DNA of 62,000 bases, from assembly GCA_051294905.1 (NCBI GenBank), contig CM119372.1, positions 1,798,001 through 1,860,000 on the forward strand, given 5' to 3'. Shown piece by piece: positions 50,801 through 62,000 of this stretch (position 1 is the stretch's first letter; each line of letters starts with the position of its first letter). The notes under the pieces are model-generated. The model ran no database searches, was not told where the DNA came from, and worked only from the letters and a program-made list of their open reading frames with translations. The stretch comes from Botryllus schlosseri (Eukaryota). Both the position numbers and the translations under genes were made by a program.

Positions 50801-53800
50801 GACACAAACCTACATATGATTTGTGATGACACACCTGTCTTGGTCGCCATTGGTTGCATGTTATTAGGCAGGATCAGTATAGTCCAGTGCTTTTCAACTT
50901 TTTGAGCACTAACCTCACCTCTTTTTTGCAAAAAAAAAATAAATTCATCCGCATAAACCAACCGAAAATGGTTGGAGAACGCGCAGACAGCAGTTGTACG
51001 TAACGCAGCTCTAAGAAAGATCCTGACGCACGCGATTTCAAATTTGGGTACATCATTTTCCTGCGCGTCGCATTTCTACTGCACTTGTTGTACTAGTGTC
51101 TACTCAGATTGCAACAGCGGGCTATTCGGTGACCGGGCATATCAATATCGAAGGTTTTCTGGTTTTGGCCAACTATAGACGGTTATTTTTTATCATGGTT
51201 TCATCGGCGCCGATCATTTTGACCCCTCACTTTTCCCAGCCGTATATGAGACCCATAACGTCATGTTTTTATGTGACCCGGCGCCGTCAATATGCTCTCG
51301 GGTATGATGACTAAGATCAAAAGTTCTCAAGCGAGTGTACTATTTACCTCTCCAATGGGTCAACTAATAATACAACTGGATTTAGTCACGGAATTGCTGT
51401 GATTCTGGCAATATAAGTATTCTAAACATTGATCAAGTTCACAATAACTTGTCGAACTACCAATATATATTACACTGGTCAACAAAATTAAAAAAATTTT
51501 TTAGGCAGAACATCTGAGAGCCGTTTCTGGGGTTTTTGAGGTTGCTGATTACGAATATCACATTAGTTTTGTCAGATTGGCTCTCTGTCAGAAGATATTT
51601 ATACCCCTAAAAAAGCCCAAAATTACTGTATTTACCCTTAAATATTCCACTTGGTGGGAAGAAAATCGTAGTTTTTTCTAATTTTATACTGCGCATAAAT
51701 GGCTAATTGACTATGAAGAACCCTCATGTCATTCTCAGTCATTTTATCAATATTAACATGGTATGATGCGAAATATCTGTTTGTCAAAAAAGCAGTTTGT
51801 CAAGCCTAAAAATTGTACTTTTCCAAAACGGAAATTCATCTTCTCCTGTATCAATTGGTCATCCTACCAAGATTAAAGAGGAGTAAAAATCTATAAAATT
51901 TGTCCTTGAAAGGCTTAACTACAATACTCATATGTGTCTCATTTCTTTTGACTGGTAAATGGATAATTTTCCACTGAGTCAACGAAGTGGGTATACCTAG
52001 TAACCCTGTAAAACGAGAAGCTTAAATCTGGTATCTGGTATATTCGAATACCGATGAAAGATTCCAATTTCACATTAGGAGGAGTTGACAGCATGTAATT
52101 TCTCCTAAGACGTAGTAAATAAAACTTTTTAGCTGATCACAAAGCACCCAACTACAAACAGTTGGTCCGAAAATTCGTATCTGCATATCGAAAACTTGGA
52201 ACAAACATGAGCATAAAAGTTCACTTCCTGTTCAGTCATCTTGATATATTTCCCGATCTTCATGTTAATTAGCAAGGGGAGAGGTTCTAAGAAGACATCA
52301 GAACAACAATAGAAAGATACCAGGGCAGATGAGATGAACCATTGATCATATTACGTCAGACCGTTGCCGGAACCTTTCGAGAAACTGCACTAAATAGCTT
52401 ACGGGCGAAAATCGTACAAAAAATCAATTTCGACTTAAAATATATCAATAATATTGTATTCCAACTGATTATTTCAAATTTACAATGGGTGGTTGACGTA
52501 AAACTGATTGAATTAATGCCACGTTATTTGAGTATCTAGGTAAATACTTCTATACATGACTGGAGTTTATTTACGTACATGATATCCGTGAAAGTCTGTA
52601 ACTATGATAAATCTAATACCCCAAAATATAGTGCTGTTGCTGTATTTTGATTTAATATAGTCTTCTGTGCGTAAAAATAACAAGTAGATTGAAGTTCTAA
52701 CCTTTATAGTATCACTAAACCGATTTTATATCTAGTCATTACCGCAAAAATGGGAGATTTTGGTCAAAACAGCCCCATGGGTTATCTCCACAACAAGAGC
52801 CAATTTCAAAAAAACTAAGGTCATATTCGGAATCAGTGCCCTTCAGAACCCCCAAAACCACTCTTACTTTGTTTGCCTAAAAATACGTGTTGACCAGTGT
52901 TATATATCAAATATGTGAAGGCTACCAAGGTTATTTCTGACAGTTTTGAGAAAAATCACTGCCTTTGAGTCAAGTCAAGTCACTCGATTTCTGGAGATGA
53001 CTCGAGTCAAATCAAGTCAATTTTTTAAGGTGACTCGACTTAAGTCAAGTCATGATTCAAGCCAATCAGTATTGAAAGATGTGTGAAGTACAGATCCAGT
53101 CGCTATTTATTATCAATCAAGTTACGAAGAACATTGTATCGCTCACACAAACGGAAATGCTAAACTATAAGGAGGTATGTGATGAAATATGATACGATGA
53201 AATACGCAACCCATCTGCACATCCATAATATACAATTCAAGCCCGAGCCAAATGTTCACAAGTAATATAAGTTATAGAAACTATATATAGAAATATAAAT
53301 TATATCCGTTCGATTTACATCATACAGAAGGCTTGTTCTGAGCAGTTTATAGAAGAGAAATAAGTTGCTATATAGATTATAGAACATAGATTGATTACTA
53401 CTAGCCAACGTATGGTTTGCGATAAATTTATTTGTGACATGACATAAAAATGAAGGTTCAGGTAAACCTGTACGTGCAATCGATAAATGACTGATTGCTC
53501 TCACAGGACACACAGGTCGCCAACAGTACAACCACGAAGTCGACACCGATTACATAATGACATGACTCGAAAATTTCACTTCGAGTCACAAGTCAATCCA
53601 AATTTTTAAAACGCAGAGTCAAGTCATTTTTGCAAAGTGACTCGAGTCAAGTCAAGCCATGTGAAAGAGTTGACTAGAGTCAAGCAATGGATCGAGACGA
53701 TACGACTAATGATGCAGGGACTTTAGAGAGCGTCTGACCACCGAAGCAGCCAGACGCAAAAAATGAAGTTAACAACTTGAGGCATCGATACCCTGTAACT

Positions 53801-56800
53801 GCATATATGGGGTAGTATTGAGTACGGCTGCTACGAATAAGTGCAGACAATTTCCCGTTTCATCGCCATATTAATTCTTCATAAGTTATCGGTGTTCGAT
53901 TATTTTATGCCCCATGTTCACCGTCAAATATATTTTTCCATGATATCAGATATCAATTATAATTAAATAGGAGATTTTGTACATTATGAAAAGTCATCCA
54001 TCCATCGGATAACCGATTGCCGGGGCTTGTTCTAAGCCCGTTTTCGATTTATGAACTTCAAATCTTGTTTACATCTGAATTCTATGTAGTTAAAGCCCAT
54101 AAAGACCAATAAGAAAAGAAGAGAGCAGCTAATTTTGTGAAGCATTTGATTTTGTGATTTTTTTCACCTATCTGAGTGACATCGTTGTTAAGTGTTGATA
54201 CGAATTCCTTGAGATCTAAGATTCGTCTGTTCGTCGTGGAAAACAGGCCTTCGTGACGTGAAACGGTTTCTTTCATGTTGGCGATTCCCTGAATCGCGCT
54301 TTTGATTCGTCTTCCATGCGATGCCACGTCTTCATCTGTTTTTGTTATCCGCTCTGCGACGTATTCTTCCAAGTGTATTCGATTACAAGTCAGTTCTCTT
54401 TGCATTCGAGACATTTTTTGCTGTACTTCAGCAGAACACACTGCTTTAGATCTTTTGTGGCTTTCAAATCTTTCCAGCAGATATTGGAAATTTTTTTGAC
54501 AATTTTCTTTAAATTTCTTTAAATTCTTCTTAGATCGTAAAAACTTCTCGCGCCAAAATACTTCGCGATTCAAACCCTGTTGGCGTAGATCATTCAATTT
54601 CCTGTCGGTATTGAGAACTTCCTCTTCGAATCGACTGACGGCTGTAGTGTGAAGTTCCGATAACGCACCCATTTTTGAAAATATAATGTCGATAAGACTC
54701 GCTAAGCATCCTGGCGATTCCCGAACCATTTTATACATGCTGATATCACGTAGTGAAGCAACGGAAAGCCGACTGAAGGCAAGGGAACGAAAGACATCCT
54801 CGAAATGGTTCTCATTCATCCCAGGGCCATTGTCAACCCACATCTTCACCGCTTTCCACATTGTCTCTTCCCCGTGAGATTGATAGAGAAAGTCTTCGGA
54901 AATATATCCAGTCATAGTATTCACAGACAGATATGAGATATCCACGCTGTACGCAACGGAGTCAAAGTTTGACAAAATATAGCCGTCCGTCTTCTCAATG
55001 ATATCTTGACACGAGTGTCGTTCACCCATACTTCTCATGTAACAGCAGTTTGTTTCATCGATTAAAAAGTATTGTGGTCCCTGTTCGCTCAGTTCTACAA
55101 GACCTCGCAAACTATTTGCGAACTTGCCGGCACCATTATCTGATGAAAATATCTTAGGGAATGAAGCTTCCCGCTCCGTACACGTTTTGAACCACTCGAC
55201 AATGCGCCTGAACTCGAATCGGGTGGACGGTCGTTCCTTGATGATTCCAACGTAATTTATGAGATGTTCTTGCGTTACTAACGTCAAAAACTCGTCTCTC
55301 TGGCAGGCTGTTTCGAAGTTGGACGCTATATATTTATCAACAGCAGATATCACACCGTTTCTCACTCCATACCTGGTAGCGAAATCCTTGATACGAAAGC
55401 AGTTGGTGATCTCGAAATCGGCGGTCTCGTAAGAATGCGCCTCTCGTCTTTCAGTCACAAACCGGTGACAGTTGGGGCACGATGCCACGTGATCATTCGT
55501 GAGAACAGACGATTTGAACTCGCATTTTGAGAGTCTCTCCATGGAAAATGATGAAACGAGGTCACAACGCAATCCAGTATCATCGCTCGTAATCTGCCGC
55601 ATCTTACATATTATTATATTCCACTCGATTTTCGCTACGTGGTGAGATCTCGCGATCGTTTTCAACAAATCCCGCAGGGCGGCAACTCCCAATTCATGGG
55701 CGTTATCGATTCCGGGCACATGCTGCCGAATGAACGACATCGCAGTGGATTTCAATGAGTTCAAGTCGAGCATCATCGACAGATTGGCCCACTCTACGCA
55801 GTTGCTCGTCGATAGATTTCCCTGCATGAACTTGGAACAAGCCTCTACAGCTCCGTTGAGCAGCCAGAGATGTGACAGCTTTAAAAGCTTGGCAACGTTT
55901 TTCAACGTTAGGTTTATATCTCCAGTGTACATGAAATCGATGCACTGTTCGACTGTGTCTTCGTCCTGGTCAACCGTTTCACAAAAACCTTGATGAGCAT
56001 CTTTCATTTGGTTCGATAGCATAGTTGAGAAATAAGCCGACGCTGTCCGTAGTATAATACGATGCGTCGGGAAGGCCTTGTTCGAGACAATAATCCTGAA
56101 GTCGCAATCTATACCTTCCTTGCGACTTCTGTTCATAGCACGCCGCTGCTTATCCCATGTATCAACCATTTTCTCATCTATCAGTTTCAGTTGAAAGCGA
56201 ATCAATTATGGGAGGTAGATTTTGAATAACGATATGCTTTGCAGTTTGCACGCTCTTTCGAGAATTGGTCGTTGTATCCGAACACTCACTGCATTGAATT
56301 TGGAGATAGCAGTACATAGATCCGCTAACGCCGTGTTCAACGTATATATAGAACGGTTGGACGGTTTAACAGTTTTACAAACAACAAAAGTTGATTCTAT
56401 CTGGATTAATTCATTCGTACCAAATTTATCCTATACATGCTCATTGGTCAGACACCTCTATACACACACATATGAGGTTGGCGTTGCCCATAGCTTTCAG
56501 AGAACATTTCAGTCAATAAACGTTACTTACTTCGAATTAGCCTATTATATTTAGCATGGAGTATACCATGTGAAAAGAATTCTCAGCAACTTTCCTAAGT
56601 GACCCGTGACTCGTAACTAAGGCTGAGCACAATGATCTGAGTCCAGTAGCGAGAGATGATGTTTTCTAGTACTGATACGAAACGCTCCTCGCTACTAAGA
56701 GTTAGTTAATCAACGGAAATTATAGTTTTGACTGCATTTTCCACTGTGGAAGCCTTTTAACCTCATTGGTTGGCTTAAACGAAACATGTAGTACAAACAG

Positions 56801-59176
56801 GGATAGCTAGATATCCTTGAGTACAAAGCTGAGTGCGTTACAGGAAATGACATTCTGTGCGGTTGTGATCAATACACAGCACGGTCGCGAAGTGCAATAA
56901 AATAGACATGGTCGATTAGGTACTAAATACTTTATTGGCATTATATTATTTGTGTTCGCTGTAGATGTGCAATGAGGAAGATTTATCTTATGACATAGCA
57001 AAAATATGGGGTTCCTCGAAGGCTTGAAGATTAGCGTGAGTGTTCCCCAGGTTAATAGAGACTAAGATCACCTAGCCTGAATCAACAATACGCTCACCCT
57101 GCCCCGAACAAGAATCTCAAAGTTAGGAGCTGCCAGTATTCCTTTGCAAATCCAGTCAATAAGGTGGCCAAGGAAAAGAATGCGACACTGGCTGAATACA
57201 TCCACACCCTGAAAAATTACATAACACGAATGTACAATTGTACATGGTAGGCATATGTAAATATTGTCTCAACGTGTGAGGCAGCGATACAATTTCTGTA
57301 ACGACTGCCATGCCATACTTTTGAATCACTCACCTGTTGTATAAATCGCCTAAAAATCCAAAAACAACTCCCACGATCGTGAAAATAACAACATACGTCG
57401 GCCCGGCTAATAGCTGATATTGTATTCCTTGCCCTGTGTAATCCCACTTGCACACTTCTGATATATTGGACGTTACACACCTGTAATGTTTTCATAATTG
57501 ATCACAAATTGACACCTGAATATGTTGAAAATAGGCTGATTCAGGACTACTCAACTATATTTGCCTCCAAGAGTGCTCGCGTGTTCGCGCTTCAGTCACA
57601 GAGTCGTAAATAGACGATTGGATTCATTTCACTTTGTTCTTTCTATATTTGTTAGTATATTGCAGTATGATTTGATCCTGGTAAATCTACAAGTTTCTGA
57701 CCACTACTTAGTACTATTTGACTGTTCTATGTGTCATCATAAAGAAAGCTCCTTGGATTTGCGTGTGTGATCAGGACTGCAAGAGCACTCAGAGTAGTCA
57801 TTAGTCAGTCGGATAGTGCGTACAACAGGAACAGTATAGCATCGTTTCCAATCGAGCACTATACCAGCGTGTCTTGCAACCAGTCGTTGCATCGACCGCT
57901 ACAATATATCTATTTTTTATGCATATGTAACACAGATGTCTAAACAAATCAGTACATACAGGGCCGTAACAGCACTTCGTCAGCCCCCCCCCCAAAAAAA
58001 AACACTTTGGTCTTGGTCCCCCATAGGGTTATAGGCCGAACTTCTGGGGGCTTCGACCCCCAGACCCCCCTTCGGCGATACACTGTTTACCGCTATTTAT
58101 CATATTCATAGGGAGTTGGTTTAGTGAATCAGCCTTCGTCGCCTAAGCGCGCGAAGCGCGGAAAATTTCTAGAATTCGTGATTGAATCGGGCAGTATGAT
58201 CGGGAATTGCATATATCTTCTCTCTGCTCACGTAATCAGATTTGCCGGTAGAGCTGAGTGAGGTGTGTTTGAAAAGGTAGGACCACTCAATAATAATTAA
58301 ACATCTTTGGGCGTATACCCGTTGGCAGGAACGAAACAGTACCTCGTCAGGCCCCCAAAAACGTGGGTCTTAGGCTCCCATAGGGTGTTAAACGACCCCC
58401 CATCACGTTGTTCGCATTTGTCACGAAATCATCTGTACTGTATTGTGAGGCAGCGCTAAGCGCGAAAATTTTCGATAATTTATGATAAAATCGGTTAATC
58501 AGATCGGCGATTGCATATATATTATGCTATCAATTTATTGTCCTATCTACTCACGTAATTAGATTTACCGGTAGAGCTGAGTGAAGTGTCTTGAAAACGG
58601 GAGGGTCCGTAAATAATAATTAAACATCTTCGGGCGGGCGGACCCGTTGATATGACTTCGTTTCATGATGTTACTTCGTGACTTCCAGTCTGCTATATCA
58701 AACAATATAGAATCGCAATCGCCCAAACGTAGGCTTCTAAACTAAGAAACGCACACGATTTCAAATTGGTATTTCTTCACTGGCATAAAATTTTTCCCAG
58801 CGGGATGGTATTTGTCTTGTGAGGTTCAGATTGCAAAGACAGGAACATTCGGCGCCAGTCATTTAGGCGCCTATGGACAATTAAACCTATATGTATTTTG
58901 TATATATAACGATTATATCGTAAAATAGATTATATCATCCGAAATATCACGTAAAATATGATCTATGAATGAAATATCGAGTACAAACGTGGTCTTGTTT
59001 TTCTCTGAAGCGCATATGGTTTGATATTTCTCAACCAGAGAATCGTTTTTCGCCAGGCATCCTTGATCCCCAAACTCCACATCCTGCGCCATGGGGCGTG
59101 ATGTTACCGCCAGTAGATAGTGACCCAATTCACCGCACCCATACGCGAGCAAGATTGGCACTAAATATTTCCACAT
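44880..59176 (-). CDS. Major facilitator superfamily transporter (spinster-like), about 471 aa; exons 58989-59176, 57334-57480, 57098-57208, 50307-50469, 49253-49379, 48069-48182, 46810-46965, 46613-46735, 45511-45708, 44880-44968
   Basis: Phase-consistent exons total 1416 nt. MFS motifs GFLGDLYNR, LRFLFGAGESACTPLASSLVADWFP..RGRAMSVYNWGIYLG, GWRSCY, VREP, GGLASDILAKRYG. A possible extra 5' exon at 60885-60901 (MTKISV) is uncertain. Confidence 0.92.
45786..46577. mobile_element. hAT-like non-autonomous element filling an MFS intron
   Basis: CAGTGAC start, GTGAGGCACTGCCTCA subterminal palindrome, TSD CAACCTAC; homologous to 60924-61883. Confidence 0.7.
47505..48024. mobile_element. hAT MITE, TAGGGCTGGGCA family
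   Basis: TIRs TAGGGCTGGGCA / TGCCCAGCCCTA; perfect TSD CTAACATC. Confidence 0.9.
51473..52899 (+). mobile_element. Internally deleted Chapaev3-like (CMC superfamily) DNA transposon with transposase remnants
   Basis: Perfect 12-bp TIR CACTGGTCAACA / TGTTGACCAGTG; 3-bp TSD TTA. Remnant NFLADHKAPNYKQLV..MSIKVHFLFSHLDIFP..QGERF*EDI..ERYQGR at about 52120-52335. Confidence 0.8.
54082..56169 (-). CDS. Intronless BTB-BACK protein with repeated BACK-like units, coiled coil and hydrophobic C-terminus (695 aa from ATG 56169), nested in an MFS intron
   Basis: BTB CDFRIIVSNKAFPTHRIILRTASAYFSTML..IDFMYTG. BACK starts LSTSNCVEW, FEITNCFRI, IDETNCCYM. No kelch repeats. Confidence 0.88.
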   Translation of the reverse strand: MVDTWDKQRRAMNRSRKEGIDCDFRIIVSNKAFPTHRIILRTASAYFSTMLSNQMKDAHQGFCETVDQDEDTVEQCIDFMYTGDINLTLKNVAKLLKLSHLWLLNGAVEACSKFMQGNLSTSNCVEWANLSMMLDLNSLKSTAMSFIRQHVPGIDNAHELGVAALRDLLKTIARSHHVAKIEWNIIICKMRQITSDDTGLRCDLVSSFSMERLSKCEFKSSVLTNDHVASCPNCHRFVTERREAHSYETADFEITNCFRIKDFATRYGVRNGVISAVDKYIASNFETACQRDEFLTLVTQEHLINYVGIIKERPSTRFEFRRIVEWFKTCTEREASFPKIFSSDNGAGKFANSLRGLVELSEQGPQYFLIDETNCCYMRSMGERHSCQDIIEKTDGYILSNFDSVAYSVDISYLSVNTMTGYISEDFLYQSHGEETMWKAVKMWVDNGPGMNENHFEDVFRSLAFSRLSVASLRDISMYKMVRESPGCLASLIDIIFSKMGALSELHTTAVSRFEEEVLNTDRKLNDLRQQGLNREVFWREKFLRSKKNLKKFKENCQKNFQYLLERFESHKRSKAVCSAEVQQKMSRMQRELTCNRIHLEEYVAERITKTDEDVASHGRRIKSAIQGIANMKETVSRHEGLFSTTNRRILDLKEFVSTLNNDVTQIGEKNHKIKCFTKLAALFFSYWSLWALTT
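58140..58650. repeat. Imperfect direct duplication (about 58145-58325 vs 58455-58650) in a degenerate element
   Basis: Shared CTAAGCGCG..AAAATTT and CTCACGTAAT..AGATTT.CCGGTAGAGCTGAGTG..AATAATAATTAAACATCTT. Confidence 0.6.
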
Positions 59177-60923
59177 GACTCCGCTGTAGCGAAACTTTCC
59201 GATAGGAAGTGCACAGTTGCCGTGATAACAGTACGTTGGAGCCAAAACAATACAAATGTCGTTTAGCTAAATTAAGTTCCAGACAAGAAGATATGATGAA
59301 GGTAGAATGAACTCGTCAAGTATATGTATCAGTTTCTTTGCGGTCACTGTCCCATAAATTTCAATGACTATTTCACCTCGGAATCAAACGCGTACTAGTA
59401 GGCTACATCACACGAGTAGGCTCAACGAACAACTACCTCATGTGAGGAGAACAGAACAGCATCTCGCCGGCTATCCGACATGCGTCGAGTATGTACAATT
59501 GTACATGTACATTGTACAATGTACGTATATTGTACACTGTACAGTTGTCCACATTCAAGTCGAAATACAAGCAATTTGTACTGAGTGAATACTAGTCAGA
59601 CCTAAAAATTACCGGACACCTCCATCTGACTTATCAACATCGCCTATCGACACACGCGTCATTCATTTTCATCACTATAGTCGGTTTATGTTATCGCTTA
59701 TATCTTTCTTTGCAGTGTGCACGACTGCACGAGTGCACGACTGCACGTGCGTGCATACCTCTTATGTAGGCCTATCACCTAAGCACAAGTGGGTGTATGG
59801 TTTCAAAACTATACTCAAATCGTTTCGACACCTTCCTATCTTTTCATTGTATCACAGTCTTGTGGTGTTTTGAAATGATGAAATTACTGATATTGACCAC
59901 GATCTGACATATCCACTTCTCCTACCGACACATGCACTTCATTCTCGTTGCTAGCCTCTTCCTTGTTATCTTATGTCACTTTTAATTCAGTGACCATGCC
60001 TCCTTTACATGTTCTAGAGGTCCAGAGGCCCAATCTGGATATTTGATTGAACCGCGACTCCAAGTCGTTTCAACTCCTTCCCGTCTTCCACGTTATCGCA
60101 ATCTCGTGGTGTTCGGAATGATGAAATAATACCTAAACTGAACCTCGGCGACCTCAAAGAAAAAGCGAAAACTGCAGCGCAACAAAGCCTGGTACCGTGC
60201 TGGAATCACCATTATTCTGTAAATAACATAGTCCCACGTATACTCTGATATAGGTTAGGTTAGCTTGCATAATGGGAAAACCCGATAACTAACACGTCAT
60301 CGTAAATACGCAACGCCGACAATTGAACCGAATGTGCTGCCGTTTGTTAGCTGCACTTCACACGACGCTGACGCATGTTTGCGGTAACCGCAGCAGAGGT
60401 AAACAACGTGACATATTCCTATGATGTGGCACGATTTAATACACTAACTGTCTAACACCATAGTTCGACGTTATTCTGTCGATTGCGACTATCATGTTGG
60501 TTGAACACAGACCAGTTTACCGATAAATTTGAACTCAGCGACACAAGCAAGAAATATTTCTATGCTCGAATTTCAATTCTAATCCGACTTCTCGTTTTTC
60601 TGAAACTGCTTCATGAGAACTGCAGTACGAAACAACAAACGAGCCATGCCTTGTGTACATATATTTGCTGTACTAGTGCTAATGAGAACGAACTCCAATT
60701 TGATATGAACTGTACTTTATTTTGTTGAATTTCTTTCCAATTTAATGCTTCATTCAATTTCGAAGTTTTAGATTTTGCGAATTCGTAGTCCCATTTCGAA
60801 TCTAATTTGCAGAAACTGCAAATTCTCCAGATGTCAGACTCTGGATACAAGCTCGACCAGTATGTGTGACGCGGTATGACTTACACACTAATTTTCGTCA
60901 TATATGTGTCCAGCAGGCCTACC

Positions 60924-61883
60924 AAGTGACGAGCGGTAAGGTTCATAACTGGTGAGGCACGGACCCCCCCCACACACACACAAACACGCGCGCACGTACA
61001 GTACGGTAGCCTACCTGATAGAGATCTTAAATGTGAATAACAACAGCAGCGGGTATAGGGAGCATTTTCTTTGCACACTATGAAAGCCGTTGCAATTCCA
61101 CATTATACAATACATGTAGGACTGATCGCTATTGTGCTAAATTGGCAAGTTTAGACGGATAATAATTACTATTTCTTCAAGTACCGGTACAAATTATTCG
61201 AAGCATAAAGCAACGACAATGTAACCTATGCAAGTAGCTATCACATACCACAATTTAACGGAGAATAAATAACAGCTACGTAAATAAGGGAATGTATTTG
61301 CTCCGCATTGCGTATTGGCCGTCGCTACCATATATTTCCCACAAGACAGTCACGACTGTTGTATTCTGAAATCGATAGCGCGTTTCACTGCGCTGCGATT
61401 GTCCAGTTGTTAGCGAATAGTGCATGAGACAGATTCGTTTGTGCCTCACCTGGCCATTGTTTCTCTGCGATGGCATTGTCTGTGATAAAGTCGAATGTCA
61501 CCTTCCTGGGCGATTTTGAGGGGGTTTTGGTGGTCTGACGCTGTTAATATTTGGATTTTCGGAATCAGTGTGACGATAGCATTTGATTGATACCGGTTGT
61601 TATGAATTCCGAGCTATTTGTGATGAATTGCTTTGTCGCAGGTGAGGAACGGCCCGCCCGTGCCTCACCTGTGCCTCAACTCTCCTTTCGCGCTGTATTT
61701 TTGAATAATAATTATGCAAACTGATGATGTTGTGTGAAAAAATGTTCAAATTTAGTTATTTATGAACATCGATATAAAATATCAATAATCATCGACTCAT
61801 GGAGGGTTTCACAATTTTCACTAATTCGCCCTGACGATAGGTGAGGCACTGCCTCACCTGCCTCATTGGACCGCACGTCACTG
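60924..61883. mobile_element. hAT-like non-autonomous element (same family as 45786)
   Basis: Ends AAGTGACGAGCGG / CCGCACGTCACTG; TSD ggcctacc/gccctacc. Confidence 0.7.
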
Positions 61884-62000
61884 GCCCTACCGTATTGCTG
61901 GTAGAGAAAATATGTTATCCGTTTTAACACCGATAAGAGCTGGCGAATTCCCACGCAACCGAGCCTATCGTGGTACAGATCTGCAATGATGTCGCTGGCG

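Noticed and set aside
60885..60901. Extra first coding exon (MTKISV) of the MFS gene
   Set aside because: It is phase-compatible with a good donor but abuts a transposon end. Left out of the CDS for lack of support.

Overview
AT-rich, repeat-dense nuclear DNA of an animal with spliceosomal introns. An invertebrate deuterostome such as an ascidian is my guess from gene style and repeat content, not a proven assignment. Manual splicing gives seven host genes: (1) the 3' part of a C2H2 zinc-finger gene (+, to 3764); (2) an 8-exon, 352-aa uncharacterised beta-propeller-like protein (-, 8538-16744); (3) an intronless 450-aa EHD/dynamin-like GTPase with two C-terminal TM helices (-, 18203-19555); (4) an orphan gene (-, 22628-24195) with possible decayed upstream exons; (5) a CUB + mucin stalk + TM receptor with a tyrosine-motif-rich tail (+, 38655-44343); (6) a 10-exon spinster-like MFS transporter with one GC-AG intron (-, 44880-59176); (7) an intronless BTB-3xBACK-coiled-coil gene nested on the same strand inside an MFS intron. 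Mobile DNA includes a full-length but inactivated hAT transposon nested in a hAT MITE, an internally deleted Chapaev3-like element, many hAT MITEs with 8-bp TSDs, a MULE-like MITE and tRNA-derived SINEs. The most notable non-coding signals are a five-copy ~120-bp repeat that folds as a pseudoknotted minimal type I hammerhead ribozyme (Penelope/retrozyme-like), and a TSD-flanked retrocopy of a mature, CCA-ended tRNA-Leu 3' fragment. No CRISPR array, rRNA or intact tRNA gene was seen.
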